Of a DNA stretch of 64,000 bases, positions 1-11,758 are shown piece by piece. Position numbers and translations under genes: made by a program. The notes beneath the pieces were generated by a model. That model searched no databases, was not told the DNA's origin, and saw only the letters and a list, made by a program, of their open reading frames with translations. Each line of letters starts with the position of its first letter. The first letter of the stretch is position 1. The DNA is from Octopus vulgaris (taxonomy: Eukaryota), in NCBI GenBank assembly GCA_951406725.2, contig OX597822.1, positions 30,814,001 through 30,878,000 on the forward strand. Direction: 5' to 3'.

Positions 1-960
1 CAGTGAAAAATTCGGCGGAAGCAATTTTACTGCTGTTGACATCCGAAAGCTATTCGACTCTGTCTAGTATATGGGTACCTAATCTAAGCAACATTCTCCT
101 ACACTATCGTTATAAATACACACCAATGTTCAGTTATATCAATGATATTCTACCAACTGCACATCAAAAACCTCTTTGATGTCCTATCTAAGAACGATTA
201 CTTCACTATGGCCGATTCCTTTCCTGACATGCATCTAGGATTCAAAACACAGTGATACTTGTGCAAATAGCACCTAAGCATCTCCCATCAAATCTGCAGT
301 ATATCCATGAACAGAGACTTCGAAAACATTTATCAATGGGAAAATACAAATATTGTCTCCTTCAACAATGCACTGGCATAATCACCTTCCACCTCCAAAA
401 AACAATCTTGTACTTACCTCTCGTTCTTTCCCACGTCTCCCTCTCTCTCGTTCTCTCTTTCTTATCTTGAGCAATACGCGATTTAAACCCAACCCGCAAC
501 GTTACTATAAATCTAACAAGCCTTACCTATATCGTACGCTTCTTACATTCAAAGTACCAAAACTCTGCACCCGTCACACCTTACTTTTTATTCAGGGTCA
601 TAAACAAACGGTTGTAGAGTCACTATCAAATGCATTTGGAATGTACAAAAAATAATGTACCGGTGTTCCTTCTACAAACATAAACGTCCACATTTAAAAG
701 ACAGCCATCTGGCTGATTGTGACTCCAATTCCTCTGTCTTTATTATATTGACAACATTGACCTCCGTTTGTTAGAGCAATTAAATTGCTTACATTTACTA
801 AGACCTACATCGCATACCGTTTGATTCTTCCTCTGGTTTCCCATAGTCTTTATACTCCATAGCCTTTCACCAATTATCACGCCAACGTTTTAATTTCCAA
901 AGCGTTAAAACTCTGAATTTCCATTCCCAGTTTTATTTTCTCAGCAGATTCTCAATTTTC
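1..960 (+). mobile_element. Highly decayed Penelope-like element remnant (RT and linker fragments)
   Basis: Broken frames give FTAVDIRKLFDSV, APKHLPSNLQYIHEQRLRKHLS (cf. PLE HPxHxxxSIPYSQxxRLRRI) and NLVLTSRSFPRLP (cf. PLVLTYHPxL). There are many stops and the similarity is weak. Confidence 0.4.
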
Positions 961-978
961 ACACGTTCAGATTACATA

Positions 979-1161
979 TCCTTTTCTACTCCAGGCACAA
1001 GGCCCAAAATGTTTAGGGAGAGGGCCGGTACTTAATTTATTGACCCCGAAAGGATGAAAGGCAAAATCGACCTCAGCGGAATTTGAACTCAGAATGTAAA
1101 GACAGACGAAATACCGCTAAGTATTTCGCCCGGCGTGCTAACGCTTCTGCCAGCTCGCTGC
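979..1161 (-). mobile_element. SINE family M (tRNA-like head; GCCTTTCATCCTTTCGGGGTCGATAAAT core resembling Meta/Nin-type central domains)
   Basis: Reverse complement matches the copies at 10846-11030, 38462-38682 and 45835-46026. Confidence 0.85.
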
Positions 1162-2301
1162 GTTACATTTCAACCACATCAATTTCCTTGTCTTGAAAAT
1201 TACCAGACAGTGACAAACAGATACACCTACTCCTGACAAACCCCCAAAATACTCGCAAATATGTCAAGTCTAGAGAGTAAATAACCCCAGAAACAGCACT
1301 TCTTTTCTGTGCAAAAACTTATTTGGAGGTCAGTACGAGGAGAAACCTGTAAAAAGTAGAGTTACAATAAGTATATCCATTTATCTAAACAAATGTGAGC
1401 CTATGTCTAAGATTAACTGTGTTTAATAGGCGACTAAATTCTGGGAGTACAACCAGCTTAACTAGATCCCAGCCCGTTTCATGGATGATCTACTCTGACT
1501 GCTGCTGATACTCACCGACGTACATTGCTTGCCGAAATGAAATACTACTTCAGTGACACAACGCGCTGCGTATTTCGAGATTCGAACACACGACCCTAAA
1601 GATCATGATCTTAAGAAAGTATATAACCATTAGAACTTACACCGTTATACTAAAGTATCTGAATGCTTGGAACATATTAAATGTCTTGCACTATAAGAAA
1701 TTCCTGTATGAATTGGCCGGCATCCTGATAGGTTAATCCTGTAAGTAAACACTAAACCTGATGCAAACATATTTTACGAAAGAGGAAAGGCTATTAAAAT
1801 TCACAGTAGCATCATAAATACTGGATGTTGGACGGTGCGAAGCGGAATTAGTAAGCTTTGTTAGAAGATAATCTACTAGGTGTTGATAGAAGTTTGAGTA
1901 GGCAGGCAAGTTACTTTATGGAGACAAGAAAGCTTTCGACATACAACTATTGGATTTAGTTACTGTGTGTGTGTGTGTGTGGGGGGGGGGTTAAAATGCT
2001 TGCGTCTTGTAATGACCTCATTATAAATTGTGATATGTTCAGATGAAAGCAAGAAGGAGATTAAAAAGAATTGAATACACAGCCTCCATGAAATTAATAT
2101 TCGTAATAATGGACCAGCTTTTCAATTCAGATTTAGTAGACTATTATGATTTGAAATTGTAAATCACTAAATCATTATGCAAATACACACATGCATACAA
2201 ATACACAAACACATCTATGCACACACATTCACACGCAAGCATACCGACATATACATATACATACATATATATGTATACAGGCGCGGGCGCGTTTGTGTGT
2301 A

Positions 2302-2341
<40 letters not shown>

Positions 2342-2344
2342 AAA

Positions 2345-3127
2345 TTAAAAATAATAACGGGGAAAAACTGAATATTAATTTGATTAATATCAATCTAAAA
2401 CTAGTGGTCTAGCATATAGAAAAATCTGAAAATTCAGAAAAATTATATTACATTCATATAAGATGGATGACCACTAAGTGGACATCCATTATATTAGAAG
2501 TCGGCCTCCTATAGTTTTACCACTAAGAAAAGAATATTCTCAAGAAAGTATAGCAAACGCCAGAACGTAAGTGAGCAAGACAAATGAAAAGATACAAAAT
2601 ATACAGATTAATCACAAACCCGGTTTCGTTGTTACCACTTACGTAATTACTTACGTAGATGTCCTCAACTCGTCAGTGTGATCGTTATAGCAAAATATAA
2701 TTTGCAGTACCATACACGAGTCGTCCGCATGAGATTGAACATGTATATAGTTCTACCATTTACATTTGTGGTTATATTTCAAAAGTCTTCGTTTTGGCGC
2801 GCCAAAATACCGGAAATAATTCTGCAGAAAATAATTCTCTGCAGTGAATTTTGTCGGTTAGAGAACATAGTTATTTAAATTTCAATAAAGAATAATAAGG
2901 GTGAAAACTTGAATATTAATTTGATTAATATCAATTTAAAACCAGTGGTCTAGCATATAGAAAAATCTGAAGATTTAGAAAAAATATATTACATACATAT
3001 AAGATGGATGACCACTAAGTGGACATCCATTATGCTAGAAATCGACCCTCTATGGTCTTACCACTAAGAAAGGAATGTTCTCAAGAAAATATAGCAAACG
3101 CTAGAACGTAAACGAGCAAGACAAATG
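2345..3127 (-). mobile_element. Non-coding 541-bp unit in partial tandem (two ~240-bp direct repeats) carrying a hammerhead ribozyme; Penelope pseudo-LTR/retrozyme-like
   Basis: ~2345-2586 and ~2886-3127 are diverged direct repeats offset by 541 bp (GAATATTAATTTGATTAATATC at 2370 and 2911). A hammerhead lies in the spacer, an inverted partial copy at 3288-3416, and the unit abuts (TA)n. Confidence 0.75.
2611..2682 (-). ncRNA. Type I hammerhead ribozyme motif (HHR-1)
   Basis: Minus strand reads AUCACA-CUGACGA-GUUG[34 nt incl. UACGUAA/UUACGUA hairpin]CAAC-GAAA-CCGGG-UU-UGUGAU: 6-bp stem I, intact core, stem II, minimal stem III, GUU cleavage triplet. Confidence 0.85.
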
Positions 3128-3480
3128 TGGCGAGTTGGTTGGACCGATAACATTACGAATAAAATGCTTCATCCGCATTTGTTCCGGTTTAACATTCTGG
3201 TTTCAAATTTCGTAGGTTTGACTTTGTTATTCATCCTTTAGAGATCAATGAAATAAATACTATTTGAGCAGTGGGGTTAATATAATATATCTTTTCATTT
3301 GTCTTGCTCGCTTACGACCTGACGTTCGCTATATTTTCTTGAGACCGTTCCTTTCTTAGTGGAAAGGCCATAGGAAGTCGATTTCAGGCATAATAGATGT
3401 CCACTAAGTGGTCATCGCTCTTGTATGTATGTATGTATGTATGTATGTATGTATGTATGTATGTATGTATGTATGTATGT

Positions 3481-3856
3481 TTGTATGCTGACATGCAATG
3501 TCTGTGCAAGACCCCTCAGTAAATTTGAATTCAAGAGTCATCTTCGTAGTCATAAAACGAGACAGATGAGCGACAACCTGGCCACTGGTGGTGGTGTAAC
3601 ACACCATACTAATCATATCTGTCGGGAATGTAGAGAGAGTGTAATTCGGCAGGAGGTCTTAAACGACATGTAAAGGTACATGAAGCCCAGTTACAACTAC
3701 AGCCGGCTATTACCGGTAAAGGTTTTAGTTGCCAATTTTGTACAAGACATTGTAGATCTTTAGCTGGGCTAAAAAGTCACATTCGATCACAGTACCAGTA
3801 ACAGTTAAGCTTCGTGCAATGGCCGAACTCGATAACGAAGGGGCAGCCATAATGTT
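3481..3856 (+). mobile_element. 3' end of an RTE-like LINE with C-terminal C2H2 fingers (5'-truncated)
   Basis: TCNVCARPLSKFEFKSHLRSH, then HICREC...SAGGLKRHVKVH after a frameshift. Short UTR, flanked by (TATG)n on both sides. Confidence 0.6.
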
Positions 3857-3888
3857 TGTATGTATGTATATATATATATATGTATGTA

Positions 3889-3941
<53 letters not shown>

Positions 3942-3945
<4 letters not shown>

Positions 3946-4212
3946 CATCAGATGTTGCGACACATCGCTGGTCACAATGCGTTGGCATTGTTTTAGCCTT
4001 CGAATGACGCCACCCCGCTGGCTAAGCGAGCAGGCCAACAGAAGAAAGAGAGAAAGAGTGGTGAAAGAGTACAGCAGGGATCACCACCCCCTGCCGGAGC
4101 ATCGTGGAGATTTTCAGGTGTTTTCGCTCAATAAACACACACAACGCCCGGTCTGGGAATCGAAACCGCGATCCTACGACCGCGAGTCCGCTGCCCTAAC
4201 CACTGGGCCATT
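3942..4212 (-). mobile_element. tRNA-derived SINE family R, tail type 2
   Basis: Head AATGGCCCAGTGGTTAGGGCAGCGGACTCGCGG...GGTTTCGATTCCC (A and B boxes) is shared with the copies at 16410, 17721 and 18253; the 3' tail differs. Confidence 0.85.
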
Positions 4213-5234
4213 ATATATGCATATATAAGCATTTTCGAGGTCGAAAGCTGGTCGAAAGCTTTATGATTTGACAGTCTTGAGCGGCTCCTGACTGCTGTGA
4301 GCAATGAAACACAGTTTATATCGACCAATACATTTTCGGGGGTTCACAGCATGAAGCGTAATGCTCATTTGCTGTTTGTGTTCTTCATCTTTCCCCTGAA
4401 GTTTTGCTTATCAACAGTTGCTCATTCCTTTTTAAAAACCTATGCGTCTGTATGCGTCTGTTGGTGTCGGGGAAGTGTTGTGAGCTACTTCGATATTTAT
4501 GCAAAGATGCGCTTTTGTTTAAAAATAAACAAAGAGAAACAAATAACAAAAACCGAACGAATGAACAAACAAAAGTGCTTCTTTGTTTGATTCAATCAAA
4601 ACGTGTGATATATTTTGCGTCTGTATTTTTTCTTTTTTGCTTTATCCACGCACAACGACAGACATATTGTTTGTACGATTTATGCGATATCTTTAGTTTT
4701 GTTTACATCATGCGCAGTAACGGAAATGCAAACATCGATTAAACTGCATCTTTTCTTACCTTGATGTTTGCTCTTCCACATCCTCTCTATTTCTTTTCTG
4801 TTTCTTTTACTCTTCATCTTTCTATAACCCTTTCTCTGTGTCTCTATCTGTGGCTCTGTCTGTTTGTCTCTCTTTCTCTCTCTCCCTCTCTCCTAGCGTC
4901 CTTTAACCATTTTAATACATCTCAGTACCCCATGCGACCAATCTCATTCTCCCTATCTGCGTCTTCCTTCCATCTCTCACCAAGTTCTATAATGGTAGGT
5001 ACTTTCCTCATCTTCCCTTTTCGTTTTTATTATTTCATATTTTTGAGGTGGCAGGACCGATAATATGACGAACAAAATACTTCGTCCGCATTTGTTCCGG
5101 TTTAACATTCTGGATTCAAATTTTGTAGAGGTTGACTTTTTCATCCTTTAGAGATCAATGAAGTAAATACCATTTGAGCACTGGGATTAATATAATCATC
5201 TAGTTTCTTTCCCCAAATCTCAAGCCTTTACCTA

Positions 5235-6484
5235 CGAGGGGCGTTCAATAAGTAATGCCCCTGACCCACTTCCCATAGCAGTAGAGCAACGAAACTTGGC
5301 ACAGTTATTAGTATTTTTCTACATATGAACCACCCAGAGTTACGCATTTCTCCCATCGTTTGATGCAGCTCTGAAGACCGATTTTGTAGAAGACCCCAGC
5401 TCGGTCCTCCAACCACGACGTGACTTCAGAAATCAAGGCTGCATAATCTGGGAAACGCTTTCCTTTCAAAAACAACTTCATGGCTGGGAAGAGGTGAAAA
5501 TTAGAGGGTGCAGGTCAGGAGATGGGGGATGAGTTCATAGCCGCACGCCTGTGCTTCTGATCTGGCGACACGCGAGTTGTGGATCGGAGCGTTGTCCTGC
5601 AGGAGGAGGATGCCTTTGCTAATCTTGCCCCGCCTCTTGATTTTGATAGCTTCTCTTAATTTCCTCAAAAGTGAAGCATAATAGACTCCTGTAATTGTGG
5701 CACCCTTTGCCAAGAAATATGTCATCACTACTCACAAAAGACTGTGAGCATGACCTTGCCAGCGGAGGGCTGCACCCTTGCCTTCTTTGAAGGAGGTGAG
5801 TCACGGTGCTTCCACTGCATTGACTGGGCTTTGGTCTCTGGATCATAGTGATGGAACCAGGTTTCATCCTGTGTAATCAGTCTTTTGAAAAATTTTGACT
5901 CATCTTCTTGGCACATCTTCAAATTCATCCTTGCGCTATCGACGCGTTCTTGCTTCTGGAAAGGTGTGAGCAGCCTGGGAATCCATCTGGCAGACACCTT
6001 TTGCATATGCAAATGGTCATGAATGATAGTTTCCACAGACCCGGTACTAATCTTGACCTCATGGGCTACTTGGCGAATAGTTATGCGTCGATCTTCCAAA
6101 ATGGCTGCCTCATCAATGGCAGAAGGGGGCGACCAGATCTGGGAGCTGTTTCCACAAAGTTCCGACCATGTTTGAATTTACGATGCCAGCGTTTTACAAG
6201 GTCATATGATGGGGCATCATCACCATAAGTTACTTTTATTTCATCAAAAGTCTCCCGTGGTGTGCGTCCTTTCAATTACAAAAACCGCATCACTGCTCGA
6301 CACTCAACAGGCTCCGTTTCACACTTGACTCAGTTCAAACACCTGTAAATCAGAAACCACAATTAGTTCAGAGCTGTAATTTGCCACTTAATCTATAGAG
6401 ATATAGGTAATTGCACATGCAAAATTTCAGCTAGATCAAACAACTGCAAGTGGGTCAGAAGCATTACTTATTGAACGCCCCTCG
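5235..6484 (-). mobile_element. Full-length (1250 bp) mariner DNA transposon with a frameshifted transposase
   Basis: 37-bp TIRs (CGAGGGGCGTTCAATAAGTAATGC..CTGACCCACTT, 2 mismatches) at 5235-5271 and 6448-6484. TA duplications at 5233-5234 and 6485-6486. Confidence 0.97.
5290..6320 (-). pseudogene. Mariner (DD34D) transposase pseudogene
   Basis: ORF pieces 6081-6275 (N-terminal HTH, PRSGRP), 5728-6099 (WIPRLL, ITQDETW) and 5501-5728 (LLQDNAPIH), then a frameshifted SPDL...FHLFP. At least 3 frameshifts. Confidence 0.93.
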
Positions 6485-7740
6485 TATAGTAGAAAGGTTC
6501 ACATTTTGTTAAGGCAGCGAGGTGGCTTACTCATTTGGACATCGGACAATTTTCTGGCTCTATGTACGTGAATTATCAACATAAAAATCTGATATGCTTT
6601 CGTGACATTATGTATGATGTATGCAATCTAATAGAATGTACAAAGGAATTACTGGAAATTTCTAGTCCTATAATATATTCAAAACACATTTTGTTTATAT
6701 TACTTCTACAAACAGGTATGCTGTTCTATTAACAGGATTTTGATTTTGACAGTGGGAGAAAACTCTGCGCATTCAGCAGCTAACGATTATTTGACATCTG
6801 ATTCTCAGCGTGGTCTTGAAATGTCTTTATAGTGGTTTGAAAATTTGAAATCCGTCAGAAAAATCGGAAACGTGAAACTATGAGTAGCTGTTCTCAAAGT
6901 TTGTTGAGTTTCAATAAGATTTAGATTAAAGATTGCCCTTGGTATTTGATCGCTATTTTTAAATATGTTCTTGTGCGTTTCTGTGCTTGCGTCTCTGTGG
7001 CACCCCCACGCCCCGCCCACATGCGGATGCGCACACACAAACACGCACACGGCAACAGGCAGACGCACACACACATGCACAAATGCACACACGCACACAC
7101 GTGCACACATACACACGCGCATATACGTCTCTATGTATATACTTATGAGTGTGTGTGTATGTGCGCGTGTGTGTGCATGTGTGAAATACACGAATGCACA
7201 AAAATGTACACCCCCGCCATACATATGCATTCATACATACATACATACATACATACATAGACACACACACGCACACATATGCATATATAACACACACATA
7301 TACATATATGTGTGTGTGTGTGTGTGAATGTGTGTCTTTGGAGAGAGACAGAGATAGATAGACAGAGACAGAGGGAGAAAGAGAGAGAAAGAGAGAGAGA
7401 GAGAGAAAGAGAAAGAGTGTGTATGCATGTAAACAATGCATTTTAATTTGAAGATAAAAATAAATTATATTAACAACTTTTATTTCATTTGGATGTTGTG
7501 ATTTTACTGCATTCGTTGAAATAGGAAAAAAAAGACAAGTAAAAAACGAACAAAAAATAATAGTTAATATTTAGCTAAATTAAATAAATGCTTAAATTAG
7601 TTTGCTTTAACAATCTGTTTATTTGCAGGAATTTAATGGACACACACACACAAACACATGCATACACACACATACACATAAACATGAAAACTAAATACGA
7701 AAACGGAAAAAAAAATTATAGACATGTTCATCATCTTCAC

Positions 7741-7816
<76 letters not shown>

Positions 7817-8850
7817 TATGGGTTTTTCTTCTTCTTTCAAATTAGCTTCCATTTCTTGCCGAGTGTCTTCCCGACTCCTAGGGCAAAGAAACTCATAGTA
7901 TACATTGGTAGGCCATTAAACTAAACTCACTAGTGCGTTAATTTCTTTTTTATAGAAATAAAGTTAAATTAAAATACATCGGTAGTAATAGTTCTCACAT
8001 CGACAATGCTCTTCTCAATACGTGTGATGTACCAGTTAAGACACTCGTTTGCACTTCTTGCAGGGATGGTAAGCCAGGGATCATTCTCATATAATTTTCG
8101 GTTCCCTTCTTGATCATTCCTAGTGCTCCTACGATCACTGGTATAGTAACCGCCTTGAGATGCCACATTTTCTCAATTTCAATGAGTAGGTCTTTATATT
8201 TTCTGAGCTTGTCAAATTCTTTCGCCGAGATATTATGATCACAGGGGATGCTCATGTCGATCAATAAGCAAACTTTATTGTTTTGGTCTTTCACAACAAT
8301 ATCCGCTTTATTGGCTTTGATGGTTCGGTCTGTATGTACTGGAAAGTCCCACAGAATCGTTACATTTTCTCCTTCAGTTACAGCTTCAGGGTGGTGATTA
8401 TACCACTTGTCGGCAGTTTTGATATTATAATGCCGACTTATTAGCCAGTGTAGATATTGGCCAACTATGTTATGTCTTAATCTATACTCCACTGGTGCCA
8501 AGACTTTACATCCAATGATTAGGTAGTCCGCTGTTTCAATCATGTCGTTGCAGAATCGGCATTTTGGGTCTGCTCCATTTTTCATCACATTGGCCTGGTA
8601 GTTCCGGGTTAATAGGCTTTGATCTTGAACAACCAGGATGACACCTTCGCTCTCTGCTTTTAGCCCTGAGCTCCGTAGCCACTGATGGTTTGCTTCTGCT
8701 CAACATCAGCTTATTTGCTACGGGCCACATAATTGCCGTGCAGAGGTTTCTCCTCCCACCTATCAGCCAATTGCTCGTGCGCTTTTTTCGTTGTCATTAT
8801 TTTCACCTTGCTTGCAACAATAGTTGCCGTACTTTCCTCAGGTTATTCAG

Positions 8851-8851
<1 letters not shown>
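7817..8851 (-). mobile_element. 5'-truncated R4/Dong-clade non-LTR retrotransposon (family B; CCHC, RLE endonuclease, 3' UTR)
   Basis: ORF 7995-8588 has CRFC, RHN, ILWDFPV, NKADIV, LIDMSIP, K..KY and IPVIVGALG. Upstream WEEKPLHG and SSGLKAESEG are broken by a stop and frameshift. (TTA)n on both flanks. Confidence 0.92.
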
Positions 8852-8916
<65 letters not shown>

Positions 8917-9254
8917 GAGTGAGCGAGCAGAGCATGCCATCAAAGTGACACTGGGGTAAAATATACGAAGCCCAGTATACCCATCATGACTACCCGTCTG
9001 ATAAGGGTACACCAGGCACATGCATCACAACCATATGTGCGCGACATGGTGATCTCATATCAAGATAAACAGCACATGACCTTGCAGGTGGAGCCCAGTT
9101 AGAATTTTCTTTCAGATCGAGTAACCCATCCCGCTCAAAAGGTCCCTGAATAAGGGTTGTTTAAGGACGTTGAACGAAACACCCATGTTTCCAGAGGTGA
9201 ATTATTCAAAACCCAAAGAATCCTTCTCAACACATGGCTATGATGCTTCCCCAC

Positions 9255-9255
<1 letters not shown>
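8917..9255 (-). mobile_element. Non-coding (TAA)n-targeted element, copy A (5'-truncated, 339 bp)
   Basis: Near-identical to the copies at 11042, 14576 and 15123. Begins GAGTGAG.GAGCAG on + directly after (TTA)n and is followed by (TTA)n. Confidence 0.9.
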
Positions 9256-9291
<36 letters not shown>

Positions 9292-9296
<5 letters not shown>

Positions 9297-9393
9297 TAGT
9301 TTTATTTTTATAGCGTGCTTTCACTTCCCTACCGAGCGCAGCCAGCTCTGTGTGCCTTGGGTATGTGCTGTGATTTGTTGTGATGCTATGATG

Positions 9394-9395
<2 letters not shown>
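9292..9395 (-). mobile_element. Short insert in (TAA)n, probably the 3' end of another Dong-related family
   Basis: Between (TTA)n tracts. Its terminus TTCAGTAGTTTTATTTT recurs as an ~18-bp insert in (TTA)n at ~14526-14543. Confidence 0.5.
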
Positions 9396-9429
<34 letters not shown>

Positions 9430-9434
9430 ATTAT

Positions 9435-9853
9435 TTTGTTTCCTTCTTCAAATTTTCTTCCATTTCTCGCCGAGTGTTTTCCGTACACCTAGGGCAGAGA
9501 AGCTCGTCGTATACATTCCCTGGTTACACACGCAAATTCATAGGTAAAATATGTATTTAAAAAATTAATAGATAAATAAATTTATGAACGGATGTTGTTT
9601 TCACAGCGGTAGTGCTCTTCTCAGTACATGAGTCGTTCCAGTTAACACGATTTTTTGCACTTCCTGTAGGGATAGTAAGCCTGGTATCATTTTCAAATAG
9701 GTTTCAGTACCTTTTTTTCCCTAGAGATCCTACAATCACTGGTAATGTAGACGCCTTGAGATGCCACATTTTTTCAATTACTATTACAAGTCTTTATATT
9801 TACTGATCTTGTCAAATTCTTTCGCCGCTATATTGTGATCGCAAGGAATACTC
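9435..9853 (-). mobile_element. 5'-truncated R4/Dong family B fragment (endonuclease C-terminus and 3' UTR)
   Basis: Aligns by eye with 7820-8250 (GCCTTGAGATGCCACATTTT, TTGTCAAATTCTTTCGCCG, CCATTTCT.GCCGAGTGT). Flanked by (TTA)n. Confidence 0.85.
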
Positions 9854-9878
9854 TATTATTATTATCATTATTATTATT

Positions 9879-9970
9879 AAATTCTTTCAATTTTCTTTCA
9901 GTTTCTTGTCGAATACCTAGAGCAAAGCGATTCACTGTATACATTGGTAGGCCATTAAAATAAACGTAGA
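9879..9970 (-). mobile_element. R4/Dong family B 3' UTR-only insertion
   Basis: GTATACATTGGTAGGCCATTAAA is identical to the 7817 copy's UTR. Follows (TTA)n. Confidence 0.75.
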
Positions 9971-10399
9971 TTGTTCATTTGATAGAGAAAACATGAGAAG
10001 AAGCACATAGAAAATGGAAAAAGGAATAGAAAAACATGAAAAAGAAAACAAAGAAAATAAAGGAGAAACTGAAAGAAAATTCACAATAACAATGTTCTTC
10101 TCAAAGACTTGAAATTTAGGAGGAGAAGACTAGTCGATTACATCGTCTCCATTGTTCAACTGGTACTTAATTTGTCGAACCCGAAAGGATGAAAAGCAAA
10201 GTCGACTTCGGTGGAATTTGAACTCAGAACGTAAAGACGGACGAAAAGCCGCGGGCAAAATGCGATGTGAGATTTGGTCCGCGTTTACGTTCTGAGTTCG
10301 ATTTCGCTGAGGTCAACCTTTCCTGTCATCCTTTCGGGTCGATGATTGGTCTTATAATCTGATAGAAGTTATGCCTGTAGCGGGTTATCCAAAAGCTTT

Positions 10400-10830
10400 C
10401 AATAATCTTTCTGCTGCTCAAAATCCTTTTCATAATCTTTCCAGTTCTTCAGAGGCAAATTTCTGTAAAAATTCAACAGGATACTATATTTAAATATCCT
10501 TCAACCATTTGTCTATATTTCTACTTACAGTTCCTAATGTACCAATTATTAGTGGGACGACCTTTACAGTTGTACTCCAAATTTCTGCAATTTCAAATTT
10601 GAAGGGATTTCTTTAAAAAAAATTTCATCTTCTTTCTTTACAGTCCTGAAATCAAACGGACATGATGGTCCATTAATGAGCAGCATTGTTTTCCCTTGAC
10701 TATTAATGTTATGTCTGGTTTATTATTTTGTAACTTCTTATCCAAACACTAGGAAATCCCATAAAATGCCGTTCTTTGACTCAAGCACTCTTTCAATCTG
10801 ATCTTCATACGAAGTACCTCCACCTTCACA
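10400..10830 (-). mobile_element. Old R4/Dong-like RLE C-terminal fragment (further family)
   Basis: Minus-strand translation includes ILWDF, NKPDITL, VPLIIGTLGTVSRNIDKWLKDI and TGKIMKRILS. Confidence 0.7.
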
Positions 10831-10845
10831 TTCTTCTTATTATTA

Positions 10846-11030
10846 AGGCGGCAAGCTGGTCCAATCGTTGGCACGTCGAGCGAAATGCTTAGCGGTGTGT
10901 TGTCTGCCTTGAAGTTCTAAGTTCAAATTCCGCTCAGGTCAACTTTGCCTTTCATCCTTTCGGGGCCAATAAATTAAGTATCAGTTGCGTACTGCGGTCG
11001 ATCTAATCGACTGGCCCCTATCCCCAAATA
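10846..11030 (+). mobile_element. SINE family M
   Basis: GGCGGCAAGCTGG...GTTCAAATTCCGC...GCCTTTCATCCTTTCGGGG; matches the other copies. Confidence 0.85.
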
Positions 11031-11041
11031 TTATTATTATT

Positions 11042-11672
11042 GAGTGAGAGAGCAGTGCATACCATCAAAGTGACACTGGAGTAAAATATACGAAGCCTAG
11101 TATGCCCATCATGACTACCCATCTGATAAGGGTACACTAGGCACATGCATCATAACCATGTGTGCGTGACATGGTGATCTCATATCAAGATAAACAGCAG
11201 ATGACCTTGCAGGTGGGGCCCAGTTAGAATTTTCTTCTTATCGAATAGCCCATCTCGCTGAAAAGGTCTCTGAATAAGGATTGTTTAAGGATGTTGAACG
11301 AACTACCCATGTTTCCAAAAGGGAATTATACAAACCTCCAAGAATTCCTTTCCACACACGGCTATGATGCCCCCCTACTACTTCTGCTCGTGATCAGAGA
11401 TGCACATATCACCAGCCACTAAGGGACATGGTCAACTGGTTAAGGTTAAACAACTGACAAACAAATCTGTGGTATTGAGAAGAATATTTGCTGTAGCCCA
11501 TCTTTTATACCAAGACAAAACAACGTACATGATAACACTTCCAATCAGTTAAGATCAGAAGCCATGAGAGCCACTGTCTAGTACTGCATCGGGGCATTTA
11601 GTACTGCATCAGGGCATTAGTACTGCATAAGGGCATTAGTACTGCATCAGGGCATTTAGTACTGCATCAGGG

Positions 11673-11676
<4 letters not shown>
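11042..11676 (-). mobile_element. Non-coding (TAA)n-targeted element, copy B (apparently full length, ~557 bp, plus reiterated 5' end)
   Basis: Body at 11042-11598, followed by four extra AGTACTGCATCAGGGCATT(T)-like units, then (TTA)n. Confidence 0.9.

Positions 11677-11757
<81 letters not shown>

Positions 11758-11758
<1 letters not shown>

Noticed and set aside
6805-7845. Clusters of ORFs rich in YI/HT/CV/MYVC or homopolymers (also ~15.5, 18.8, 29.7, 31.0, 37.1, 43.0, 50.2, 59.9 and 60.7 kb)
   Set aside because: These are translations of microsatellites that lack stop codons.
11580-11676. Short repeat array superficially like CRISPR
   Set aside because: No spacers, no cas genes and a eukaryotic context; it is a terminal reiteration of a retroelement.
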